Virus record (IMG/VR): IMGVR_UViG_3300043446_003110
Origin: a virus
Length of the DNA: 64,000 nucleotides
Reading direction: 5' to 3' (one strand)
This document shows positions 16,524 to 26,264 of the stretch, piece after piece. Numbering within the stretch: position 1 is the first letter of the stretch; the number at the start of each line of letters is the position of its first letter. The notes under the pieces are model-generated. The model was not told where the DNA came from and ran no database searches. It worked only from the letters and a program-made list of their open reading frames with translations. A program made the position numbers and the translations under genes.

Positions 16524-16902
16524 GAAATGTACTAAATGCGGTATTAATGATAGACCATATAAAGTAAAAACAGGAAGCAGGAAAGGAAAAATACAATCAT
16601 ATTGTAAAGAATGTAATAAAGAACAGGTTATAAAAAGACAAAGAAAACTAAAACAACAATGCGTTGAATATGCTGGCGGTGAATGCAAAATATGTGGATA
16701 TAAAGTATATTTGGGAGCATTAGAATTCCATCATTTAGATCCATCTAAGAAAGATATAGGATTTAGTAAATTTGGAAGAACCTCTTGGGATAAAAACAAA
16801 GAAAAAATAATAGAAGAATTAGATAAATGCGTATTACTTTGTGCAAATTGTCATAGAGAAGTACATGGCGGATTGCATAAAGAAATGTTGGTTGATCGTT
16901 AA
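16522..16902 (+). CDS. HNH endonuclease (tRNA-adjacent), same family as 6698..7168
   Basis: CTKC/CKEC; CKICG..LEFHHLDP..KCVLLCANCHREVH. Confidence 0.88.
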   Translation: MKCTKCGINDRPYKVKTGSRKGKIQSYCKECNKEQVIKRQRKLKQQCVEYAGGECKICGYKVYLGALEFHHLDPSKKDIGFSKFGRTSWDKNKEKIIEELDKCVLLCANCHREVHGGLHKEMLVDR

Positions 16903-16932
16903 GTTAGTAACTTTTATTTGAAAGGAATGTTT

Positions 16933-17157
16933 ATGAAGAATTTTATTTTTACTGTTGCCGCACTACTAGTTGGTGGAGTTGCTTTTGCTGGTGATTGCCA
17001 GAATGGAGTCTGCCGCCAGCCAGTTCGTAATGCTGCACGTTCGGTTGTTCGCGTCACAGAGGCTGTTGTAACAGCCCCAGTTCGCGTTACGAAGCGTGTT
17101 GTACAGAATACCAAGCAGCGTCGAGCCGCTCGTTATTCTTGCAATACTTGTAACTGA
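16933..17157 (+). CDS. small secreted basic peptide
   Basis: Signal peptide ..GGVAFA-GDCQNGVCR, Arg/Val-rich. Confidence 0.7.
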   Translation: MKNFIFTVAALLVGGVAFAGDCQNGVCRQPVRNAARSVVRVTEAVVTAPVRVTKRVVQNTKQRRAARYSCNTCN

Positions 17158-17208
17158 TTTATGTCTAACAGTTTAGCGGGTTCTGTTATAAAACAAAAAC
17201 TCGCCCAA

Positions 17209-17295
17209 GGAATCTTGGCAGAGAGGTCTAATGCAGCGGTTTACTAAACCGCCGAGGGTTAAAATCCTCCGGGGGTTCGAATCCCTCAGATTCCG
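17209..17295 (+). tRNA. tRNA-Ser with ACT anticodon
   Basis: Acceptor GGAATCT/AGATTCC, G discriminator, anticodon arm GCGGT-TTACTAA-ACCGC, long variable arm, T arm GGGGGTTCGAATCCCTC. Confidence 0.88.
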
Positions 17296-17302
17296 TTTAA
17301 AT

Positions 17303-17500
17303 ATGAATAAATTAGCTACCATAGTATTGAATAACGATATAATAGAGATTCTACATAACGAGAATCTTAAGCATAATCCATATCTTATTAGACTAACTAA
17401 TTACAACAATGAAAGATATGAAATAAGAGCTAGTAAGGAAGATTTAGAAGAGTTATCAGTCATCATTGACGATATAATAGTTGAGGAACCAACAAAATGA
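17303..17500 (+). CDS. hypothetical protein (start reassigned downstream of tRNA-Ser)
   Basis: In-frame ATG at 17303. Confidence 0.6.
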   Translation: MNKLATIVLNNDIIEILHNENLKHNPYLIRLTNYNNERYEIRASKEDLEELSVIIDDIIVEEPTK

Positions 17501-17657
17501 ATAACGTAATCTTGACAGACGATGAAGTAGGTGTTATACTTCTACTCATAGAGGATAGCTTAGATGATATATACGGTGGACCTAAGATATTAATTGAATC
17601 TATCCAAGATCAAGCTGAAATCATGAAAGAGCTGAAGAGAAAACTAGAAAAACTACT

Positions 17658-18068
17658 ATGATAAAACATTATCCAATTACAAATACCAAAAATGTTGAGG
17701 CACTGTATTCTGAAAAAGATGGAGTAAAAGTATCTCACGTTTGCACTACGGAATTAGGTAATGGTCATATTTGTGATGTTTTTTATAGAGATACTCCACA
17801 TCCAGAGTTTGGCAATAGATATTTTGCAATATTCTTTAAAGGAGATGATCCTTACATTGGCAATGCAGATCAAGTTGAGAATTTAACATTTGGAACTGTG
17901 GAAAACGATGAGGGCGATGTAGAATATAGCAGAAGCCGCCATGATTATAAGTCATTCAAGAATGGCAATATGATTGATGGTGGACGAGACTACATTAGAT
18001 CTAACGGAGATGTTAAAATCTTTGTAGTTCGTGATGGACTTATGGTTCATTATGGAGTAAATAAGTGA
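17658..18068 (+). CDS. conserved phage protein
   Basis: PHPEFGNRYF, YSRSRHDY, IDGGRDY motifs. Confidence 0.75.
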   Translation: MIKHYPITNTKNVEALYSEKDGVKVSHVCTTELGNGHICDVFYRDTPHPEFGNRYFAIFFKGDDPYIGNADQVENLTFGTVENDEGDVEYSRSRHDYKSFKNGNMIDGGRDYIRSNGDVKIFVVRDGLMVHYGVNK

Positions 18069-18637
18069 ATCAAAAGCAAAAAGATCAAATACTTGAGATT
18101 ATAAAACTTTGCAACCAAAAGATTAAAGACCAAAAACAGCATGAAAAAGATGCTGGATATGGCGAGGACTATACTGATGGAAGAATTGTTGGTGGTGCTG
18201 CGTTGGCACGACGAATATTGGATATGTTAAAAGGTTTTCAACTTTAAAAGGATAAATTATGAAGAGTACGAATTATTTTCTAGTGGCCGCATTTGCAAGT
18301 TTTGTTTTTAGTGTTACATTATGGTTTGCTGGTGATGCTGATATTAACAAGCAGCAAGCAATCTTTGTGGGTCTTTGGGTTCCTTCTATTCTGGCACTGG
18401 GCAATCTAACCAAATGAGCGACTTTGTTATTTTTATTGTGGGAATAGTGGTAACTCTCATCGCCGGGATGGGAGTTATTACTAGTCAAATTTTTATGGGA
18501 TACAAAAAGCCTCCCATTTATTATAAGGAACCAGAGTATGCTGTGGATAAGTCTGCCTAAAGTTTTAGAGATAACTTGCGGTATATTACTAGCACGATCA
18601 ATACTTTATGGAGTGAGTAAAATCAAGAAGTGAATTA

Positions 18638-18726
18638 ACACTCGCCTTTGGGTTGATCGCCAAGGGTAGCATCCTGAGCCTCTAGTTCGTCTATGCTTGA
18701 CGTTCAACGCTCAATAATGGGGGTGC
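18638..18726 (+). ncRNA. possible structured non-coding RNA (long bulged hairpin)
   Basis: CACTC/GGGTG, TTGGG/CTCAA, GTTGA/TCAAC, AGCAT/ATGCT nested pairings in a GC-richer intergenic segment. Confidence 0.35.
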
Positions 18727-18745
18727 TTTCAATACAAAGCATAAT

Positions 18746-19048
18746 ATGAAAACAACTAAAGAAAAAATAGTTAAAGTTCTCGACAAAATCTATTGTGATG
18801 TTTGTGGAGAATCTTGCACAAAAGGCGACGAAGAAAATGGGTGGACTGACCATGAATATGCCACGATAGAGGCGACTTGGGGATATTGGTCAAAGCAAGA
18901 TGGAACTCAATATCATATTGAAATGTGCGAGAACTGTTTTAATGAAGTGTTGGAGTCTCTTAAAAAGAAACGCAAGAAGTTTTTGGGGCCATTCAAATAC
19001 CCATACGATACTGATCCATTAGAAGGAAAGAGTTATTTTCCATCATGA
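18746..19048 (+). CDS. Zn-binding hypothetical protein
   Basis: CDVCG...WGYWSKQDG...MCENC. Confidence 0.7.
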   Translation: MKTTKEKIVKVLDKIYCDVCGESCTKGDEENGWTDHEYATIEATWGYWSKQDGTQYHIEMCENCFNEVLESLKKKRKKFLGPFKYPYDTDPLEGKSYFPS

Positions 19049-19773
19049 AACTAAATAAAAGAGCCAGATTCCATTACTGGAGTTGTAGTAAATTTGCCGA
19101 TTGGATCAGAGGAACAAATAAACCCTTCGCTCTTGAGTGGGACGCATGGGATACTTGGAAAGAAGAAGCAAAAAAGAAACACCCATTTAGGTATTGGGTG
19201 GCAGATGAATTTCTTGATTATATACAAGATTTTATCAATTTGCCGATGGATATCTATCATACCATAGATATCTATGTTCGTAATCGTTATATTGATAAGA
19301 TTCATTATCTTCGCACAGGACTAACTCCCGGCCAATATTATGATCTGGATTGGAGAATCCTAAACGGTCTTTTTAACGAATTGGTTATTTATGTTGAGAG
19401 TGAACTAGCTCATACCATGAAAGCATATCCAGACCGTAATTATAAGTTTGTTAATGGAAGATGTAAACTTGCTGGTTTAGATCATCTTAACTGGGCTATG
19501 AATCTTGTTATGAATGAAGATTATGGAATAACTATAAATGATGAAGATTATGGCAAGCCTACTCATCAAGCAATAGTTGCAAAAAAGGTTTACGAGTTGT
19601 ATAATTGGTGGACTAATAGAGATGATAGAGTTGACCCATACACTCTCTTTACAAAAGAAAAAGATGGACAATACTATTATCGTAAGATTGATGAGATGGA
19701 AAATCAGTACGATCAAGAAGATACTGATATGCTAATTGAATTAGTTAAGATTAGGAGTTCACTATGGACTTGA
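19045..19773 (+). CDS. conserved Trp-rich phage protein
   Basis: YWSCSKFADWIRG...ELYNWW...LVKIRSSLWT. Confidence 0.75.
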   Translation: MKLNKRARFHYWSCSKFADWIRGTNKPFALEWDAWDTWKEEAKKKHPFRYWVADEFLDYIQDFINLPMDIYHTIDIYVRNRYIDKIHYLRTGLTPGQYYDLDWRILNGLFNELVIYVESELAHTMKAYPDRNYKFVNGRCKLAGLDHLNWAMNLVMNEDYGITINDEDYGKPTHQAIVAKKVYELYNWWTNRDDRVDPYTLFTKEKDGQYYYRKIDEMENQYDQEDTDMLIELVKIRSSLWT

Positions 19774-20144
19774 ACTATAATGTTAATAAACCAGATCTAG
19801 AATATGATCTCATTAATAATGATCGGATAGTAGAGAAATGCCAAAATAGCGATGTTTATGCACAAAATCTATATGCTGCCATGTGCAATAATAGATTTTT
19901 TTATGGAGATAATGAATGGAGTTGCTCATGGAGAATGAGTGGTGGAATAGTAGCAGATATTAGAGATGGTGGTGAAGAATACATTGATTGGTATTGTTCT
20001 GGTACGATAACAGAAATTCCCGGCTACGTTGAAGAAGGATTTGTAACTGACGAAATTCGTCTTGATTTAATGATGATGGGATGGGTTGTCAAACCTTATG
20101 AACCAAGATTAAACCCCGGAATTTATAGGAACGAATGGAAATGA
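19764..20144 (+). CDS. conserved phage protein
   Basis: YAQNLYAAMCNN, WSCSWR.SGGIVAD, YIDWYCSG. Confidence 0.75.
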   Translation: MDLNYNVNKPDLEYDLINNDRIVEKCQNSDVYAQNLYAAMCNNRFFYGDNEWSCSWRMSGGIVADIRDGGEEYIDWYCSGTITEIPGYVEEGFVTDEIRLDLMMMGWVVKPYEPRLNPGIYRNEWK

Positions 20145-20941
20145 ACATTGATATATCTAAAAACGAAGCATGGAAAATTCTTGACGCCTTAAAAGCTTAT
20201 CAAAAAGACTATGCTCTAACAGCACCAATTACTAAAACAATAGACACATTAATCAAAAAACTGAAAGAAATAACAGATGAATAAAAGGCAGCACCAACTA
20301 AATGATTACTTATGTGAACAACATTCTGATACAGATTACAATATTGATATTATTAAATCTCGCATTGACAATATTAATGAAGAAATACGACGCTTAGACA
20401 ATGATAGATTCTTTTTAACTTTAACCTTATTTAATCTTCAAAATAGAAAGATGGAAGAAAATGGAGATGAATAAAAAATTACACATCACAATGTGTGCAG
20501 AAGATGTGAAAGATTCTATAATCAAAAATCTATATTATAGTCAGGGCATCAGTGGTATATTTGATGTAAAATTTAAGACTAAAAGAGAATTTTACAAGGG
20601 TATTGATCCTCATGACAGCGATTATCGTTGGGTGTTTGATGGTGCAGAAATTATAATAGACTTAAATGAGCGATGAAAATTTACCAATACTTGGATCATC
20701 TATAAATGATGGAGAATCAGCCCCATTTGCTGATCTTTATTTAGATCTTTTCCCAGAATGGTATGATGTAGAATGATAGCACTAAAAATTAATCCAGAAC
20801 TAACATGCGACAAAGTATGCCACGCCATACAAAAATTATTAAAATCTGGCAATCATAACGACGATATATTAGTCATTGAAATAAAACAGATAATTAATAC
20901 TACTGATGAGATGATACCAAAGTTGACACATGAGATCATAA

Positions 20942-21553
20942 ATGAATAAATTAGATTTAACCAACACTACATTATTTTGTCTTAGCAACATAAAAATAAA
21001 CGAGACATTATTAGCTATAAAAACTTGTGAATATTATGCACAATTTAATAATACTATGTTTATTCAAGATCCAACAATAAAAAACAGTTATGATTATAGT
21101 CAATTTATTATCAACAAATTACCATATATTATATCTACAGATTTTGTGCTTATAATTCAATGGGATGGATTTATTATCAATCCTAATGCTTGGACAGAAG
21201 AATTTTTTAACTATGATTATATAGGAGCGCCATGGCCGGATTTTCAAAACCTATGCGGCAATGGGGGGTTTAGTTTACGAAGTAAAAAATTTCTTAGCCA
21301 ACAAAAAGAATTATCACCATACATAAATTATCAACAAATTTTAATGTCTGGAGTCGGAGAAGACTTACCAGAAGATTTTATCTTATGTTACTGTTACAGA
21401 AATTATTTCGAACAAAATGGATGCAAATTTGCACCAACAAATATTGGATATAAATTTTCTATAGAGATGGGAGAATACGATAAAGATAATTTGCCATTTG
21501 GTTTTCATGGTTTACATCACTTAAAAGATTTCGAATCTTTACTTTGTCACTAA
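20942..21553 (+). CDS. DUF5672-like glycosyltransferase-related protein
   Basis: LIIQWDGFI, YDYIGAPW, GNGGFSLRSKK, PED, PFGFHG. Confidence 0.8.
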   Translation: MNKLDLTNTTLFCLSNIKINETLLAIKTCEYYAQFNNTMFIQDPTIKNSYDYSQFIINKLPYIISTDFVLIIQWDGFIINPNAWTEEFFNYDYIGAPWPDFQNLCGNGGFSLRSKKFLSQQKELSPYINYQQILMSGVGEDLPEDFILCYCYRNYFEQNGCKFAPTNIGYKFSIEMGEYDKDNLPFGFHGLHHLKDFESLLCH

Positions 21554-21615
21554 ATCATGAATTAATAAGTGTATAAATTCAAGGAAGATTATTTTTCCAC
21601 TTGGAGGGTTTATAC

Positions 21616-21957
21616 ATGAAAAATTCCCTAACCAGCGTTCTTTTATTTTCATTACTAATATCTATAGCTTCGGTTTTTGCTATGGATAATAACAAAGAAA
21701 AAACTCTTATTATTTTTTCTGCCGATTGGTGTAAATACTGCCAAGTTGCCAAGCAAGATATGGCAAATCATCCCAAATTATCAGAGGCAATAAAAAATTA
21801 TACCATCGTAGATGTAGATTTTGATGTTGACAAAGAGATAGTTAGAGGGTACAATATAAAAAGCATCCCATGCTTTGTAGTTTTTGAGAACGGAAAAGAA
21901 AAATCAAGATTACAAGGATACAAGGGTCCAAACAGTTTATTATTACTTCTGAAATAG
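21616..21957 (+). CDS. thioredoxin-like protein with signal peptide
   Basis: FSADWCKYC and SIPCF cis-Pro motif; hydrophobic N-terminus. Confidence 0.85.
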   Translation: MKNSLTSVLLFSLLISIASVFAMDNNKEKTLIIFSADWCKYCQVAKQDMANHPKLSEAIKNYTIVDVDFDVDKEIVRGYNIKSIPCFVVFENGKEKSRLQGYKGPNSLLLLLK

Positions 21958-22312
21958 GGGGCGTAAAGGTTTCGACTACATAAAGAAGATTATATTAGCA
22001 AGTAGTGGTTGATCGACAGGCCACTTTAAAAGTCGATTAAAACGCTTTAACTGGCGAAACTCAGTTAGCACTTGCTGCCTGACAAAAAAGGGCAGTAACA
22101 GACTGCGATTGCGAATGAGGGTAGCGATCAAAAGTCTGTCGTTAAATCCCTCTGCACTTACAATACCCAGCGGGTTGTAGGTTAAGAGAAGCTGGTAAGA
22201 CAGAAAGAATCTTGTTTGTTCTATACTTCTGTTTAACTTATGAACAAAATAAACTTGTAGAAGATATAGTTTGATATATGTTAGGACAGGGGTTCGACTC
22301 CCCTCGCCTCCA
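21957..22312 (+). ncRNA. ssrA: tmRNA; predicted tag (A)GETQLALAA* at 22053..22082
   Basis: 5' GGGGGCGTAAAGGTTTCGAC; 3' GGTTCGACTCCCCTCGCCTCCA; G3:U70 Ala identity pair; tag ORF ends ALAA. Confidence 0.93.
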
Positions 22313-22409
22313 ATAATATTATGGAAACTATTGCTTGGATATGCTTGGGTTTTGTATATTTTATGTGTGCAATACTCACAATATTGATAATTAAACATGA
22401 AAGGTAATC

Positions 22410-22691
22410 ATGACTATTGAACAGTTGCGACATAGCGGATACAAAGTTAAAGTCTTACACAATCGTCTTTACAATGGTGTTTATATTTGGCAAAACAGAG
22501 TAAAACAAATTGATGGACCTATAGATCCAGACGCCAAGGGTGGATCAACAATGGTAATAATCGATAGTCCAGACGGCCAACATTTTGAGGGAGTAGCAAT
22601 TTGTAGTAAAAAAGAAAACTACAATAAGAGGATGGGCGTTAAGATTGCACTTGGGAGGGCACTATATGGAAGTGGAAGCAACACAGCGTGA
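22410..22691 (+). CDS. conserved phage protein
   Basis: KGGST...GVAICSKKENYNKRMGVKIALGRA. Confidence 0.75.
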   Translation: MTIEQLRHSGYKVKVLHNRLYNGVYIWQNRVKQIDGPIDPDAKGGSTMVIIDSPDGQHFEGVAICSKKENYNKRMGVKIALGRALYGSGSNTA

Positions 22692-23244
22692 ATTTAATTT
22701 TATTGATGATATCAATATAGATATTAATGAAGAACTTACTCCATTAATAGTAGATGGTATTAGCATGAAAGAATACAGCATTTCTAAAAGTGGAAATGTA
22801 TATTCGCATTTGCAATCTATAAGGAGGCCAAATTCCAATAGAGGATTTGATACTATATATAATCCTAATTATAAAAAATTATTAACACCAGATATCAAAA
22901 AAGATGGATACAAATGTGTCAGAATAAATTTTGACTCAGGAACATTTGATTATAATTACTACTGTAATTCATCATCTATTACCAATAGACAAAGAAGGTC
23001 ATGCCGAGTTCATAGATTGGTAATAGATAGCTGGAAACCATTTGATCAAAATCTTCCAGATGAAATTAATAAAACAGATTATGAAAATACACCAGAATCA
23101 ATTAAAACACTGTTAAAAGATTTGTTCTTAGTAAATCATATAGATCATGACAGATCAAACAATAATCTGGAAAATTTAGAAAGAGTAACCCATAAACAAA
23201 ATAGTAGACTAGCTACTCAATACTATAGCGTCGGAAATGAATAA
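22666..23244 (+). CDS. HNH homing endonuclease (NUMOD4/I-HmuI-like)
   Basis: YSISKSGNVYS, RVHRLV, VNHIDHDRSNNNLENLERVTHKQN. Confidence 0.85.
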   Translation: MEVEATQREFNFIDDINIDINEELTPLIVDGISMKEYSISKSGNVYSHLQSIRRPNSNRGFDTIYNPNYKKLLTPDIKKDGYKCVRINFDSGTFDYNYYCNSSSITNRQRRSCRVHRLVIDSWKPFDQNLPDEINKTDYENTPESIKTLLKDLFLVNHIDHDRSNNNLENLERVTHKQNSRLATQYYSVGNE

Positions 23245-23252
23245 GTTATACT

Positions 23253-23465
23253 ATGGATTTAGATGATTATATTAATAGCCTAACAAGAAAAATACAAGAT
23301 CTGGAGACTTCGATAGATTCACTAAAATTAGAAGTAAAAACACAAAGAAAAGAAATAGCAGTACTTAGAGAAGAAAAACGTATACTATTTAATAATAATG
23401 TTCCCGGTAAGTGTATAGATTGGTGGCCTTCCATATCAATCCCACCGGAGAAAAATAATGACTAA
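23253..23465 (+). CDS. coiled-coil hypothetical protein
   Basis: Heptad pattern. Confidence 0.6.
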   Translation: MDLDDYINSLTRKIQDLETSIDSLKLEVKTQRKEIAVLREEKRILFNNNVPGKCIDWWPSISIPPEKNND

Positions 23466-23736
23466 ATATGTTATTACATTCTTGACTACTACGTTATTTA
23501 TGTCTTTAATCATACACCTAGCAAATTATGAAGATATGTATCATACTAAGAAGCAGAATGAAATGTCTGAACAAATGATACGTAATATGTCTGACAAAAT
23601 AATGGAATTAGAATCAAAGGTTGCGGACTGAGCCGTAAAAGTGTATAATACAATAGCCGCGTTGGCTAAATGTGGATGCCACAAAATGGGTCCATATAAA
23701 TAGTTAAGCTTAATTGCTGTAACAAGGAGATTTATT

Positions 23737-24228
23737 ATGACATTTTCAATTTCTAATTATCGACCTCTACTAAGACCAAAGCGTGTAGATTTATTTTCTG
23801 AGGTCAACAAAGAATTAGACCATATTTTCAATGAAATGTTTAATGGTCAATACTTTGCAAATAAAAAATCCAAAGGATATCCCCTTGTAGATGTAATAAG
23901 ACAAAATCATAGTCTTATACTACAATTTACAGTCCCCGGAGTAAAACTAGAAGATATAAATGTTAATATTTCTGATACTGAAGAAGGTAAGATATTAGAA
24001 GTATCTGGAAAACTATCAGAGGAATATAGATCTTTTGGTGATGAAAATTATCATATTAGAGAATTGTCTAGCCAAGATTTTAGAAGAATTATTAGATTAC
24101 CAGACGATATAGAAAACAATGAACCTTTAGCAGTTTTGCGTAATGGAATCTTGACTTTAACATTCGAAATTATTAAATCTCAAGAATCTACTCCGCAGGT
24201 CAAACCAGTTAAAATAATACAGGGGTAA
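23737..24228 (+). CDS. small heat shock protein (Hsp20/alpha-crystallin)
   Basis: YPLVDV, VPGVKLEDI, FRRIIRLP, AVLRNGILTL. Confidence 0.9.
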   Translation: MTFSISNYRPLLRPKRVDLFSEVNKELDHIFNEMFNGQYFANKKSKGYPLVDVIRQNHSLILQFTVPGVKLEDINVNISDTEEGKILEVSGKLSEEYRSFGDENYHIRELSSQDFRRIIRLPDDIENNEPLAVLRNGILTLTFEIIKSQESTPQVKPVKIIQG

Positions 24229-24355
24229 GATGTTATTTTTTTGGTTAAACAACAAATTATTTCGTAAGTACTTGAATCTTCTGCAAAAATTAACTATGCA
24301 GAATATTCAACCAATTGCATTCCAATGTAACTTTTTATATAGAGAGGGTAAAGAA

Positions 24356-24646
24356 ATGCTAGTATATAATGTAACAGCCGGTGCCGTAGTAGACAAGGAC
24401 GTAGCAGAGCGTAGGCTAAGTGTAACAGTAAATGGCGAGGTTCGTGAAACTAAGCCTTTTGCTCCAGATACAACAGCTTTTGGTGAATTATCCTTTGCCG
24501 ATAACGACAAAGTTGTTTTAACTTTAGTAGATGTCGATGATGCTGGCAACGTGAGTTCACCGGCCACAGTAGAATTCGTAGCACTAGATACCGTGGCTCC
24601 AGCGGCTCCCGGCGAATTTGGTGTATCATTTATACGTGAAGAGTGA
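24356..24646 (+). CDS. small beta-rich (Ig/FN3-like) protein
   Basis: VDVDDAGNVS..DTVAPAAPG motif; GAGGG SD; followed by terminator. Confidence 0.65.
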   Translation: MLVYNVTAGAVVDKDVAERRLSVTVNGEVRETKPFAPDTTAFGELSFADNDKVVLTLVDVDDAGNVSSPATVEFVALDTVAPAAPGEFGVSFIREE

Positions 24647-24671
24647 GAATAAATAAATAGGTCAAACATTG

Positions 24672-24700
24672 AGGGGGTAGCGAAAGCTGCCCCCTTTTTA
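24672..24700 (+). terminator. rho-independent terminator
   Basis: AGGGGGTAGC-GAAA-GCTGCCCCCT-TTTT. Confidence 0.85.
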
Positions 24701-24718
24701 TTTGGTGTATATAATACT

Positions 24719-25078
24719 ATGCTCAATTGGTTAAAAAATAAATTAAATGATTATTCTAGATCTCCAAAATGGTCTAGCGTGAGAAAGGAGCATTTATTAA
24801 ATGAACCTAATTGTCGGGCTTGCAATAGGAAAAAAGACTTAGAAGTTCATCATATAGTACCTTATCATATAAATCCAGAAGATGAATTAAATCCTAGTAA
24901 TTTAATTACATTATGCTCTAACTGCCATTTATTGTTTGGACACTTGATGGACTATAAAAGTTGGAATGAAAATGTCGTAGAAGACTGTAATAATTTTTCA
25001 TCCAAAATAAAGAATAGGCCATATCATGAACAATCTCATCAAGTTAATAATACTTTCTCTAGTTTTTTTAAGTGGTAA
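24719..25078 (+). CDS. small HNH endonuclease
   Basis: CRAC..EVHHIVP..NLITLCSNCH. Confidence 0.85.
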   Translation: MLNWLKNKLNDYSRSPKWSSVRKEHLLNEPNCRACNRKKDLEVHHIVPYHINPEDELNPSNLITLCSNCHLLFGHLMDYKSWNENVVEDCNNFSSKIKNRPYHEQSHQVNNTFSSFFKW

Positions 25079-25793
25079 AACTTACTCTGGAACAATTGAT
25101 CCTAATACTCCAGATGAAAAATATATTGAATATGGTAAAGAATTTGAATGCGTGTTAGAGATAATGGGTTCTTATGATAAGACAAATAATTTTTTTTACG
25201 GATCTGCCGTTGCTATAGACCCTCACTGGATTTTAACTGCGGCTCATGTTGTGAAAGATGCTAAAATAGTATTCATTTATGATGACACAAAAAAGAAAGC
25301 CACTGGTATAGACTTAGTTATACCTCATCATGATTTTGAAGAATCAAAATTTGGAATTGCCGACATAGCACTATGTTATACATCTTCTGATATTGGATTA
25401 GATTCTTATCCATCACTTTATGAAGATACTGATGAATTAGAAAAATTATGTTCAATAGCTGGATATGGGCAAACTGGTAATTTTAACACAGGAATATATA
25501 TATCAGATAATCATAAAAGGGCTGGAACCAATAGAATAGATTTCATAGAAAATGATTTATTGATATGTTCACCATCTAGAAACGACAAGACAAAACTTGA
25601 ATTTTTAATAGGAAACGGAGATAGCGGTGGAGGTCTTTTTATAGATGGAAAATTGGCTGGGATCAATTCTTGCGTTACGGCAGTTGACAAAAAGCCCAAC
25701 TCCACGTATAATGATGATGGTGGTCATACAAGAGTCAGTAAGTTTTTTGGATGGATAAAAGAGCAAATGCAAAAAAAAGAGGGCAAGCACTAG
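25026..25793 (+). CDS. secreted trypsin-like serine protease
   Basis: Signal peptide; WILTAAH, DIAL, GDSGGG catalytic triad. Confidence 0.9.
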   Translation: MNNLIKLIILSLVFLSGKTYSGTIDPNTPDEKYIEYGKEFECVLEIMGSYDKTNNFFYGSAVAIDPHWILTAAHVVKDAKIVFIYDDTKKKATGIDLVIPHHDFEESKFGIADIALCYTSSDIGLDSYPSLYEDTDELEKLCSIAGYGQTGNFNTGIYISDNHKRAGTNRIDFIENDLLICSPSRNDKTKLEFLIGNGDSGGGLFIDGKLAGINSCVTAVDKKPNSTYNDDGGHTRVSKFFGWIKEQMQKKEGKH

Positions 25794-25805
25794 GCTTACC
25801 CTCTT
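25777..25805. terminator. probable bidirectional terminator between convergent genes
   Basis: AAGAGGGCAAGC-ACTAG-GCTTACCCTCTT preceded by an A-run. Confidence 0.65.
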
Positions 25806-25846
25806 AACCAAACATACGTATATTTTTCTATCAAACCTGTCCGATA

Positions 25847-26206
25847 TTATTCTTCTGCTACATCGTATGTAGCATTGCTCACATTTAATACAGAAGTAAT
25901 AGTATATGACTTTGTAATAGTTGGATTGTCACCCACTACATTTGTTGTATCAACAGAACGTGTGATTGAAAAATTTTGTAAAACTCCAGAATCACTAGCT
26001 GTTAATGTATCATTGATATCAACAATACGATTGTATGCTGCATCTACAACAGAATAAACAAACTCACGAAAATCACCGCTTGTAGAAGCCCCATAACTTT
26101 CTAATGCGGCAAAAGGAATTGTTACGGCTGTATTTGAACATGCAGCTGATGCAAATGCTGTTGTAATTGGTAAAAATTGACCCGAATGCGCAGGACTCCA
26201 AGACAT
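25847..26206 (-). CDS. hypothetical (possibly virion) protein, Thr/Ser/Ala-rich
   Basis: Minus-strand AAGGAG SD and GTGTATA motif (26252..26258). Confidence 0.75.
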   Translation of the reverse strand: MSWSPAHSGQFLPITTAFASAACSNTAVTIPFAALESYGASTSGDFREFVYSVVDAAYNRIVDINDTLTASDSGVLQNFSITRSVDTTNVVGDNPTITKSYTITSVLNVSNATYDVAEE

Positions 26207-26264
26207 AATATATCTCCTTATAAGGGACTAATTAACGAGTACTCATATAAATATACACAAAATT

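Noticed and set aside
17231-17302. N-terminal extension of ORF 17231..17500
   Set aside because: Lies within tRNA-Ser; the real start is more likely 17303.
7262-17330. HDV-like (theta) ribozymes after the tRNA 3' ends
   Set aside because: The tRNA trailers are AT-rich and show no nested double-pseudoknot pairing by eye.
21976-22398. 140-aa minus-strand ORF
   Set aside because: Antisense to the tmRNA.
24230-24355. Extended N-terminus of ORF 24230..24646
   Set aside because: A better SD-linked ATG lies at 24356; the upstream part looks non-coding.
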